64,000 bases of DNA from Narcine bancroftii. Taxonomy: Eukaryota. Within the stretch, counting starts at the first letter, position 1. Each line of letters opens with the position of its first letter. Both the position numbers and the translations under genes were made by a program. The notes beneath the pieces are model-generated. The model was not told the origin of the DNA and did not search any database. It saw nothing but the letters and a program-made list of their open reading frames with translations. Below, piece after piece: positions 11,429 through 22,390 of this stretch. The stretch spans positions 131,440,001 through 131,504,000 of the forward strand of contig NC_091471.1 of assembly GCF_036971445.1 (NCBI RefSeq), read 5' to 3'.

Positions 11429-13384
11429 CACATTAAATGTAATTTTAATACCTTTATCTGTCACTCCCTTATCAGTGAATGACTCAGTAGAAATCTTCCA
11501 GTGGTAGTAAAGGTGCTTCTAAGGATGATTGCAATCTTATTTTGATGTTTTAAAATTCACCATTGATATGATATTTCAAAGCAAGCCAACTCAGACATAT
11601 ATTATCCAACCTTCCATCAGTCCTTCAGTTTTTGCTTTTCAATTTTCAGTGCATGCATTTTCTTCAAGTATATTGCACTTTGCTGAGATCTAATAATCCT
11701 CACAGTAATTCTGATTGTATGTACAAATTCTCTCACTTAATATAAGAAGTTCTAACCATTGCTTGTCTGATATTTTCACTTATCAACTTATTGACAGTTC
11801 CAGTTTAGTTCCAGTAGATGTCTGTATCACCAAGCCAGAATATGGAACGAACAGTAGCATGACTGTAAAAGAGAAAAATCAAAAAGATAAAAATGTTTAT
11901 CTCTGAGAAGAAAATACTTCTCGGATGTACCTCTGACCTAATGTTCGATGTTGTACATTAAAATCAAAAACTCCCTTACATCATTTCAGAGTATTGAATT
12001 CTTCTGCATTTGAGACAGGAACAGTCTGGGAGAGAAGATCTTCGATCCCTGCATTTTTTTTCTTTCAACTGAAATGAGAATTCATTTCTTTTCCCAAAAG
12101 GTTCTTGAAAATTCACCAAAATATTCAGGGAAAAAAATCAATACTTATGGCACCTGTTTGTTCCTCAGATTACTGTTTAGCAGCAGGGCAATCCATATCC
12201 ACATATTTCTTGAAGTTATTTTTGACTTTAGTGTATAGAATTGCAAATGATTCAGATGATGCTAATATATTTATTGGTAAATATCAAGATTCAAAATATA
12301 TCTTGTTATTACAGATGTAAGAAGAATTGTTCTTGCCTTGCAATGTTCTCACTTCCTGAAACCTTATCTGGGAGCAGAACTGATTATAAATAAAGGAGAT
12401 AACTGCAGTTCAGGTCATTCTTCTTTTTAGGTTCTATTGCAAGAATTACCTCCATGGAAAAATCTGAGTAAATAAAAACCATGAGAAGGTAAAAAATAAA
12501 TATTTTAAATCTTTTAAAAATTAATCAACTACCACATTTATTTATCAGAATTTACCTTTTATTGCTTCTGTCATCCAAAACCGTGTCTTTCAAATTAGTA
12601 TTTACCACTGTGTTTCCTTCTCAATAAATACATTCCATCTTCATTTTACCATAGATCAAATCAAACCCTCAGGGACTGCAGTAGCCAAAAGTATTTTCCT
12701 TTACAACGTTGATTCTCATCAAGAGAACAGAGTAAGGGAATCAGTATTCTCACTGTTGGTGATTCATTAGGAGAGGAGTCTTAATGCTGTGCATGTGACC
12801 ATCTCCTTGGTAACTGTACTACTTAACATCTCTTATACTTATCAAGAGATGCATAAATAATGAAACTTCTGTAACAAGATAGCCATGAGAATAAAGTAAC
12901 TGATATAATTTCTCCTTTAGTTTAAAAGAGGACAATGACCATTAAATTCTATCTCATCTTTTATGAAAAATAGGCATCAGAAGAATAATAAACTTTAGGA
13001 AAATAGTAATATAGAAAGTCATCTTTCTATCCTTGTTCTATTGAAGTTGCATAGCCAATCCAAACAAAAACATGATGCAAATTAATTGAAGGATTTTCTG
13101 TGTCGATTTGACCGTTAGCAGGTTATTTCTGATCAATACATTTGGACTGTGTTTTATTTCATTTTGTTCAAGCAAGGAATTATTGTGCTTTGTTCATGTG
13201 ACATGAACTAAACATGAAGAATTTTAATTAGTTGTGGCATGACTTGTTTCTGCTTCTATTATTTATGAGATGACAGCGATAGAATGGCAATTTGATGCAC
13301 AATCCCCACTGCAGCGATCGTGGGGCAAATGCAGTGAAACTTAAATTGTGTATTAAATTAATTGTATTAATTGTGTATTAAAGT

Positions 13385-13680
13385 CTGGCAGTGTTTGAGA
13401 CCCTGTCAGCATGGGAATGGGGCAGGGAACTGAAGTGGGCTGCCACTAAGAGATCATTGCTATTGCAGCGGATGGAGCTGAGGTGCTCAAGTGTTCCTTC
13501 ACTTGGAAGGACTGTTTGGGACCCCAAATGGCGGGGAGGAAGGAGGTTTGGGCGCAAGGGTGCGGTGCCAGGGATAGGTGCCAAGGGTGCGATTGGTGGG
13601 AAGGGAGGAGCGGACGAGGGAGTCACAGAGGAGATTATCCCTGAGAGAGGGGAGGAGAGGGGAAGGTCGTCTTGATGCAC
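13385..13680 (-). mobile_element. Penelope-like element fragment (GIY-YIG endonuclease region)
   Basis: Translated pieces SLRDNLL, PKQSFQV and EHLSSIRCNSNDLLVAAHFSSLPHSHAD are typical of the Penelope RT-EN C-terminus. Confidence 0.75.
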
Positions 13681-14179
13681 AGAGCTTCATCCCAAGGGAT
13701 TCAAATGACCCAAAGCCATATTTGACTGGATCCAGGTGACCAATTTTATTCAGAAACCAATGGTGAGTGTGGCTCCTGGCCAATATTTATCCTTCCATTT
13801 GAATTTCTCAAACAGATTGACCGGTGAATCCTACATAGTTAGCTTGAAGTACACATACCCGTCATCAAGTTTCTTATTTTGAAGCAGTCGATATATCTCA
13901 AAAAATAAGAGTGGAGCTTTGGGCCATTTTGGAACTTCTTTCCTCAGCATGAACAGTACTCTTTAAGCAAGTAAATCATCTCAAAATATTTATATTGATT
14001 TTTAAATTGTATCTTTATGTTGGATGTGTCGTCAGCTGACAATAAACTTGAAAAAGATTGTGCAAGATATTGTTTGAATACAAAGCTTTCTTTGAACTTC
14101 GTGGTACCCCAATGATAATATAGTCTTTGGAGTGAATTGATGATATGAGATAGCCCCAGCTTCGCTGCTTTGTCGTCTG

Positions 14180-14660
14180 GAGAAGCATTGAACTGAGTGG
14201 CCATTGATGCTCGGGCACTGACTGCATTGTCCGGGTGTTGGGGAGGTTGTAGTGAGTCCTCCAGAGGAAGGGTGGCGCTAAGGAGAGCGGGAGTCCGCTC
14301 TCAGGCAGTCTGCCCCAAGTGCTCCGTTGGAAGTAGACAGCTGCGCGACAGTGAGTTGCAAGCAGGAATCAATCCGGTGCCACCGCGGCGGAGAAATGGC
14401 AATGGCGGCAGCTCGGAAAGTCATTGTGTACGGAGGGAAAGGCGCCCTCGGATCCAAATGCGTGGAGCTTTTTAAATCCAAGCACTGGGTATGTGGCTAA
14501 TGCAGGAACGGGTGTGCGCTCGGGTGAGCAGAATGAAAGCAGGCGAGAGCTTCGCCTTTCAACAGACGTGTCTCTGGAGCCGCGCTCATTCGGTGGCGAC
14601 CGGATGACAAATGGACAGGTCTGTCCCGCGGGTGCTGGGGCATGAAACTTAGTCCAGTGT
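14180..14660 (+). promoter_or_regulatory. CpG-rich promoter and first-exon region of QDPR
   Basis: Locally high GC and CpG content in an AT-rich background, spanning the QDPR ATG at 14396. Confidence 0.75.
14396..14488 (+). CDS. QDPR: Dihydropteridine reductase exon 1 (MAMAAARKVIVYGGKGALGSKCVELFKSKHW)
   Basis: SDR glycine-rich NAD-binding motif YGGKGALG, ending in TGG|GTATGT donor. A second in-frame ATG lies at 14402. Confidence 0.93.
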
Positions 14661-14749
14661 AAATCTACTCCGCAACGAGGTCATGCACAACTCGCTTTTT
14701 TTTCATGCATTCGCTTACTTGTCTGAAAGCATTTTGAATTTCCTGAGTC

Positions 14750-16380
14750 TCTATTTAACCAGATTCCACCACCACCCCGGCAATGCATTCCAGACAGCCA
14801 CCACTCGCTGACATCTTTCCTAAACTCACCTTAAACAGATGTCCTCTAGTATTTGCTGTTATGGCCCCAGGAAAAGTTACTGGCTCTTCACCCTTATAAT
14901 CTTAGGTAGCTCTGTTAAATCACCTCTCCTCCTTTGTGGCTCCAAAGCGTAAAGGACTAAAGCCCACCCTGCATAAAACATGTAGGCAACATCCTGGTAA
15001 ATCTACCCCGCGCCCTCTCTAAAGCTTCTACAGGCTCTTGAACTCAATCCCCTGACTGATGAAGACCAGCACATCATACGCCTTAGTAACCACCCTATCA
15101 AATTGTGTGGCAACCTTGAGGAATCGATGGACACCAAGATCTCATTGTTCCTCCACACGGTTAAGAATCCTGGCATGAACCACGTACTCTGCCTTCCTGT
15201 TCGATCTTCCAAAGTGCAATTTTCCAGATTGAACTCTATCTGGCACTTCGCTGCCTCACTGAATATATTCTATAGTAATCTACCACAACCTTCCACACAA
15301 TTCACAACATCTCCAACCTTTGTATCATCTGCAAATGAACTGACCCACTCTCATCCATGTCATTTATAAAAATCACAAAGAGCAGGGGTCCCAGAATAGA
15401 TCCCTGTGGAATGCTGCAAATCACTGACCTCCAGGCAAAATACATTCCATCTTCTACTACCCTCTGCTTTTTGCAGGCAAGTTAATTTTGAATCAAGCAG
15501 CCAAGAATCCCATGCCTCATGCCTTTTTGATTGAGCCAACCATGGTTGACCTTGTCAAATGCCCACTAAAATTCATGGATGTTACATGTACCATCTTCAT
15601 CAGTTTCTTTGTCATCTCCTCTCAAAAATAAATAAGCTTGTGAGGCAAAACCCACCTCTCACGAAGTAATGCTGACTATCCCTCAAAAGAATTTACTTCT
15701 CTAAATGCTCATAAATCTGGTCATAAACATTCTGTCCAATTGTTGGTCCACCATTGATGTCAGACTCACTGGTCTTTCATTTCCAGGATTCTCCCTGTTA
15801 CCTTTCAGAAACAAGGGGACTACATTTGCCATTCTCCAATCCTTCAGTACCTTAGGTGTAAATAGGGAGGATGCAAAGATCATTGCCAATGCCTAGCAAT
15901 CTTTTCCCTCGGTTCCTGTAGTAATGTGGGATATATCCCAGCTTGTTCCCGGGACTTAAGTATTTACAAATTTTTAAGAAGATCCAATCATTTCTCTTTC
16001 TTATCCTTGACGTGCTCCAGCACATTAGCCTGTTTTACACTGACCTCACATTCTCCAAGGTCCCTCACCCTGCTGAACACTGAAGCAAAGTTTTCATTTA
16101 GGTCCTCCCCTCCTCCTTTGCCTCCAGGGACATGTTCCCTGTTTATTCCAAATCAGTCCTAAACTCACTCAAGTGATCCTTATGTTATTCACATGTGTAT
16201 AGAACACCTTAGTGTACTCCTTAATTCCACTTGCTAAGGCCTTTTCATTTCCCCTTCTCGTTCTCCAAACTCCTTTCTTTAGTTCCTTCCTGGCCACCAT
16301 TTAATTCTCACAAGCTCTTACTGATTTTTGCTTCCTAAACCTTATGTATGCTTTCCTCTTCTTGACGAAGTGTCCCACCT
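14750..16380 (-). mobile_element. Decayed CR1 LINE in QDPR intron 1
   Basis: Fragments DWRMANVVPLF.KG.RENPGN.RPVSLTS and a CR1-like 3' region, with many lesions. Confidence 0.85.
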
Positions 16381-16505
16381 CATTGCTCCTTTTGTCCTCC
16401 TTTTCTGCAGCTATCCCTGATTAGCATTGCCTCTCCCTCGCTTTCATTATCGTCCAGATCAGTTTCACAATCTTGCTATTGTGCCATAATTTTTCTCTGT
16501 TGCAG

Positions 16506-16598
16506 TGGGTCGCCTCTATTGATTTCACATCTAACGATGAAGCGAATGCTAATATCGTTGTGAAGATGAGCGAATCCTTCACTGAGCAGGCAGAGCAG
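16506..16598 (+). CDS. QDPR: QDPR exon 2 ([31 protein letters not shown])
   Basis: TTGCAG acceptor, CAG|GTAACC donor, 93 nt, phase 0/0. Confidence 0.95.
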
Positions 16599-16871
16599 GT
16601 AACCATTGTTCAATGACCACATATGCAGGTGACAGTTAGTCCTTGTGCAGATGAGAAAGGTAATCGTTGTTCAGAAGCTAACCACTCCTATTTACAGGTA
16701 CAGCTGGACCAATGACAGCTGTTCTTGAAAGTACAAGGTGAGCAGATAATAATTGCAATGGATAGGTGACAGGTGGGGAGGATCCTTGTGTGTCCAGGTG
16801 ATAATAGATGTTGACAGGTTCATGTCAAGCAGGTAACAACTGTAATGGATTGAGGTGAGCAGAGTAGTTAA

Positions 16872-17228
16872 CAGTGGTTCTCAACCTTTTTCTTTCCACT
16901 CATGTACCACTTTAAGTAATCCCTATGCCGTTGGTGCTCTGTAAGGGATTGCTTAAGGTGGGAAGGGAAGGTTGAGAATCACTGCTCTAGACCCAATTGT
17001 TACTGAAATATTTTGCTTGAGAAAAATTGTCATTGGCCCATTTCCTTTGGAGTTATGAAACTGTACACATGACGAGTCAATTAGGTACGATTAAAACAGT
17101 GGTTTTCAAACATTTTCTTTCCATTCATATACCACCTTAAGTGATCCTTTACTAATCACAGAGCACCTATGGCATAGGAATTACTTAAAGTGGTATGTGA
17201 GTGGAAAGAAAAAGGTTGAGAACCACTG
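16872..17228. mobile_element. Composite hAT/Charlie-type MITE with four TIR copies
   Basis: Outer TIRs are CAGTGGTTCTCAACCTTTTTCTTTCCACTCA and TGAGTGGAAAGAAAAAGGTTGAGAACCACTG. Inner ends lie at 16984 and 17097. Confidence 0.85.
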
Positions 17229-17702
17229 AGTTAGAAGCATGAGTAAATCATTAAGCTCTTCAAATTTGCTTTGCCCTTCAACAAGATCATAACTGATCTA
17301 ATTTTCATTTCAACTCTGCATTCCCACCTGTCCCTGGTAATCTTTTCCGCCATGCTAATCTTCCTCTGCCTCAAACGTATTCATATATGACTTCCACCAT
17401 CCTTTGAGGACAAGATGTGGCTCTGAGAGGAAAAAACGTATGCATCATCTCTATCTTAAACCCCTTTGTCTATTTAAATATTTTTAAGAAGTTCAGCAGG
17501 CGATGAATCCCCGTTGTCTTTAAATAGTGTCAGTTCGAGATTTTCCCAACCTTCTCTGTGATGGGAGGAGGGAGAAGAGAGTGTGTCTGGGGAGTGATGG
17601 GTCTACCTTTTCAAGACATTAAAGGGTTTTTGAATGAATTGAATATTTATCTATTGAATGTGGTCAATGACAACAGTTTTGCCTGTCATTTTCATTGCAT
17701 AG

Positions 17703-17799
17703 GTTACTACAGATGTTGCCAGTCTTCTGGGAGAACAGAAAGTAGATGTGATCATCTGTGTAGCAGGTGGTTGGGCAGGTGGCAGTGCAAAGGCCAAAT
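17703..17799 (+). CDS. QDPR: QDPR exon 3 ([32 protein letters not shown]+1 nt)
   Basis: CATAG acceptor, T|GTAAGT donor, 97 nt, with the CVAGGWAGG signature. Confidence 0.96.
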
Positions 17800-18029
17800 G
17801 TAAGTGTGTACATTTTGGACACATACAGCTGCACCCTTCTTTCATATTTTACATTTTATATACAATCAAAATTATATTATTAAAGGATTAAGGGATTAAT
17901 CCTATTATAAGGTTTTATCACTTGTGCCTTGGATCAGCAGTATTAATTTTTTTCATATGGTACCTGAACAAGGGTGTGAGTGCCTTTGGGTTTATTGAAC
18001 TCAGCCTGATTACAGTCTGAAATTTAAAT

Positions 18030-18230
18030 ATAAAATTTAGACATTCACTGTAGTAACAGGCCATTTCGGCCCACGAGTCTGTCCACCCAATTAACCTATA
18101 TCCCCGGTACATTTTGCAGACACGGGAAGAATGTACAAACTCCTTACAGATATCATGGGATTCGAACCCCGTTCCTGATCGCTGGCACTATAAAGGCGTT
18201 GTGCAAACCGCTACACCATCTGTGCCACCC
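18030..18230 (-). mobile_element. tRNA-derived SINE with CR1-like tail
   Basis: The reverse strand shows an A-box-like GGTGTAGCGG, a B box GGTTCGAATCC, GTAAGGAGTTTGTACATTCT and a GGCCTGTT tail. Same family as 18825-19072 and 22140-22390. Confidence 0.75.
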
Positions 18231-18625
18231 ATACACCTATCTAGCGAATCATATATGCCCCAGTTTATTCTGTACCCTTAGAAGTGAACAGACTAATTCC
18301 TGTATACTTTCGCATGGAAAATGTTGGTAAATAATTAATTAAGCTTAAAATTATTTGCAGACATATATAAAGGCAAAATAGTATAGAGACAAACGTGTGG
18401 AAGTAATGAAGGGTTTAAATGCTTTCTGAATCTTGACTCTTCAGGTCTCCTTGCATATTTCCATTATGCTATTAAGTAAGCATTGATTTTAAAAGAATTT
18501 TAAGATACTGCAGAAACATGATATCCTTTTCCTTTAAATTTTGGTGAAAGTTTCCTGTTTGGATGTTTCAATGACTTATGCAAAATAAAATTTGGCAATG
18601 ATTTTTGTTGTTTTATTTCTCAAAG

Positions 18626-18766
18626 CTCTGTATAAAAATGCTGACATGATGTGGAAGCAGAGTGTGTGGACGTCGACAATCTCCAGTCATTTAGCCACAA
18701 AATACCTCAAAGACGATGGCTTGTTGACACTTACAGGAGCAAGTGCTGCCTTAAGTGGGACACCAG
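18626..18766 (+). CDS. QDPR: QDPR exon 4 ((S)[46 protein letters not shown]+1 nt)
   Basis: AAG acceptor after a T-rich tract, CAG|GTGAGT donor, 141 nt. Confidence 0.96.
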
Positions 18767-18824
18767 GTGAGTAGATCTACCTGATGTAATAGGTCATTAG
18801 CCATGTATGTACACCAACATAAAG

Positions 18825-19072
18825 TTAAATTTAAACTTTTATTTTCAGCATGGTGAAAGCCGATTCTGGCCATTTTAAACCTATGCCACCCAATTACACC
18901 CAAATTACCCTATAACCCCATTTGTTTTGGAGGTTGGGGAGAAAATCAGAGCACCTGGGGAAAACACTTGAAGATACGGGAGAACATAAAAACTCCTTAT
19001 TTACAGCGTCAGATTTGAACCTGGGTCACTGGCGCTATAATATAGTGCTAACCGTAACATGAACTGCCACCA
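18825..19072 (-). mobile_element. tRNA-derived SINE, same family as 18030-18230
   Basis: Shared blocks AAACTCCTTA, TTTGAACCTGGG and CCAATTA. Confidence 0.7.
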
Positions 19073-20179
19073 TTTTTCTTACTTTTAGTGTACATTTATA
19101 CAATGGACTAATTTAGTATCAGAGTGGAAGTGGTCACTAATTCATTAAAAATTCAGATGCAATTACCACATTGGGACATAACTTGGATAATGAGAACTTC
19201 TGTTCTAAATAATTGTAGAAGGTCCTTGAGGTTGTCTGAGACATGATGGCAAATGCTAGTGTGAATGTTTGACTCAATAACCAGTATAAGTAACAAATGG
19301 ATTTGAAAAGGAATGACGACCTAAAATTTGCTGAGCTGCAATGTTTAAGTCTGAGAGCTTGGGAGTGTGTTCTGGAAGTGTATGTTCTCCATAAGATTTT
19401 TTAAAATAGGTTCCCTCTTTTCTATGCAGTAGGCCTTACCATTCTTTAATTCATGAGGAAGCTGGCTGAAAATCAGAATCCTGAGGTGGTATGAGGTTCG
19501 TTAGACATGAGGAATTTTAGATTCATTGAAATATTTAACTGTTTGGGTTGGTCACTTGAAATTAAAATGGAATTGATAAAAACACCCATCTCAGTAACAA
19601 TGTCCATGAAACTACAGGATTGTTTCAAATAATCATGTAGTTCACTGTGGCGTTCAGAAGAGGAAATTCGCCAGCGCATGCGTGCTTGTGCACGTTTTTC
19701 TCTATGTGGATCACTATTAACTACCTACTCATTTCGGAGAAAGTTAGAACTGCAAAATAATTGCCTGTACTGCTCCATCCCCATCCTTCATCATGGCTTA
19801 TCCAGTCCTACAAGGCCAAGTGCTATTTCTTGAGCCCAGGTGCAGCCTGTATTCTCTATCGCTCTGAAGTGTTCATCTGAAAGAAGGCTGGAAAACTGGA
19901 GACCTTATGTGGGCTCTGGAACGTCAGGCTGCCACTTGAATAGACTGCCAGTGAGGCCACATTTCATGACCACAAGTGGAAGGTGGAATCTCGCACACCT
20001 GCAAGAAAAATCATTATCCCTTAACTCTATCACCTCTGGGCCAATCCCCAGCGACTTTCCTCCCTTTTAGATACATAATTTTACCCTATCCTTGAGTACC
20101 CATAAAGGGTTCAAACTTGAAATGTTGACTGACCATTTCTATCCATGGGTGCTGTCTGACCAGTTGAGTTCATCTAAAG

Positions 20180-20372
20180 CCTTCGAGAGCTCAGTGGTTT
20201 GAGCACTGGTCTTGTAAACCAGGGGTTGTGAGTTCGTTCCTCTATGGAGCCTCATTTCTGTGAGGGGTGTTAGATAAAGTGGCAACTCTTCGTTTTCCTT
20301 ATGTAGACAAAGTTAAAGAATTTCATGTTACATTCTAAATGTAATATGTGACAATAATGGAACCTTTACCTT
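20180..20372 (+). mobile_element. tRNA-Thr(UGU)-headed SINE or tRNA pseudogene with appended tail
   Basis: AGCTCAGTGGTTTGAGCACTGGTCTTGTAAACCAGGGGTTGTGAGTTCGTTCCTC...GGAGCCT (20188-20252) keeps the anticodon arm CTGGT-CTTGTAA-ACCAG, but the acceptor stem is damaged. It is followed by ~120 nt ending ATGTGACAATAATGGAACCTTTACCTTT. Confidence 0.75.
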
Positions 20373-20897
20373 TTCTAATTCTGTGCCTGCTCAACACACC
20401 ACCAACTGCAGATGTTGTCTATCTCTTTTGATTCTTGTCAGACCAGGAGCAGAGCAGGCAAACCAATGTAGCTCCGTGTGACTGATCTCCATCATATTCC
20501 ACACCTCTGCACTGCAATTACCAATCACAGATATTCAAAAAGAACTGATTCCACACGTCAGTAGTTTTCTATGAACTAATAGTTTGTCATCTGTTCAACT
20601 TGGTTGTTGGCTTTGATCTTCCTAATAATTAGCAAAGGAAAATTTCTGCTTGTCCACCATTGGCATTTGAATCCAACTTCCTGGGGATAGAGTGGGTGGG
20701 ATTTACAGCCTTTTTTATGATGCCTGGCTATTCCAGCTTGCGTCAGGAGGCTCCAGACCAGACCATTCATTTTGCTCCAATCCCTTTGGACAGAGAGCTT
20801 TGTGGTAAGAAGTGAAGGTCTTGGAGAAGTTATAAAAAAGGTTTATGAGAATGGCTCCAAGGCTGACAGATTTCATCCTTGAGGTTAGAACTAAAGT

Positions 20898-21255
20898 AGG
20901 AACTCAGCGGGTCATGCAGCTTCCATGGAAAGCAAAAGGCAGTCGATGTTTCAGGCCTGAGCCCTTCTTTGGGTATGGCAAAGATTGGGCCCGAAGAAGA
21001 AGGTGGGAGAGAGGGGAAGGGGGTAGGAGCACAGGCTTATGTGTGAAAGGTGAATGCTGGTGGGAGGGGGAAGAAAGGAAAGGAGCCGAGAAAGATGTTC
21101 TGTGATAGGATGGAAGGCAAGGAGGTGGGGAGTGGTGAAAAGAAGGTGTGGGTGATAGGAAGAGGATGGGGTGAAGGAAAGCGAAGGGAAAGGGGGAGGA
21201 AACCGAGGGAGGGGGTTACGGAAAATTGAAGGTCAGTATGGATGTCCTCAGGTTA
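20898..21255 (-). mobile_element. Penelope-like 3' fragment (pLTR plus purine-rich tract)
   Basis: GGAACTCAGCGGGTCATGCAGC...GTTTCAGGCCTGAGCCCTTC followed by a GA-rich tract, as in the copy at 58356. Confidence 0.65.
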
Positions 21256-22139
21256 GATTGGAGAAGCTGAGATTGATCTCCTTGCAGGAGATTTTGGACA
21301 GGGTAAATAGAGAGAATCTGATTAAAAGACCAGGGAACACAAATTTAAGATATTGAACAATTAAAACAAGTGGGAATGTGAGGAAAAATATTTTGATGCA
21401 GAGTGTGGCTCTGTTCTGAAATAGATGTGGTGGAAGCAAATTCTAACAGGGTCTTCAAAAGAGAATTGGATCGAGGTTGAAACAAATGCTGGATGGAATA
21501 ATATGCAGGGTTATGTTCAGAAAGAGTGAAAATGGGAGTGATGGAGTTAGCAAAGACTTAATGGACTGAATGATCTCTAATGCCACAGCATTTTATTATT
21601 GGCTTTGGTATGATGCAGCTGGGCACCTTTTGTGGAAATTTGGAAATTTGTCCTTCAAAATATTGGCAGTGAATGTGAGGAAAATTATAAATGCTTATCA
21701 TGGTTCTTGTTCCTTAATTAAATGCTTAATTTTGACCATGTAAGTGATTTAATGATCTTTCAAGTTTTCTTGAAACATTCATGCTATTTTCCATTTCTTT
21801 CAAATTTATTATTGTGTTGAATTATTGAATTATATATTTTTTGCTCAAATGTTTATGGATGGGGGATGTGTTATTACACAAATCCTTTCAAATAACAAAA
21901 TGCAATCAAAAGTTTTGATTAAACTTGGAAGAAGAATTATTAAAATATAATAGTTCTTTAAAAAAGCTTATTCACTACTTGGCATCGAGTCATTTGCTTT
22001 AGAAAGCTGTGAATCAGTGAGATGATGAAAAAAATTGTTTTTGTGTGAGTTATAGAGATGTTGAATGCACGGATGGAAAGAGCAGTGGAACAAATTAATT
22101 CAAAATCTTCTATGGATAAATTCTTAAAAAAGAAAAATG

Positions 22140-22390
22140 GTTGGTATGGTTAGTGTAGCAATTAGCACAGTGGTTAGTGCAATGATATTACAATGCAAGC
22201 AGCCCAGATTCAAACCCATTGCTGCCTCTAAGAGTCTGTATGTTCTCTCCATGTCTGTGTGGGTTTTCTCTGGGTGCCCTGGTTTTCCTCCCACGTTCCT
22301 AATACATACCGGTCCATCAGTTAATTGGTTACATCGATGCTTTTGATGGCATTGGCTCATGGGCTGAAGGGTTGTATCTCTAAATTAAAA
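22140..22390 (+). mobile_element. tRNA-derived SINE
   Basis: GGTTAGTGTAGC...TTCAAACCC...AAGAGTCTGTATGTTCTCTCCATGTCTGTGTGGGTTTTCTCTGGGTGC, same family as 18030-18230. Confidence 0.7.

Noticed and set aside
10979-11464. 161-aa single-exon protein from the ORF track
   Set aside because: Only 11176-11428 resembles clarin. The rest is 5' leader and intron read-through past a GT donor.
18600-18626. Non-canonical acceptor of QDPR exon 4
   Set aside because: AAG is an uncommon but canonical AG acceptor, and the frame and exon length fit.
20180-20252. Functional tRNA-Thr gene
   Set aside because: The acceptor stem does not pair properly, and the sequence continues into a SINE-like body and tail.
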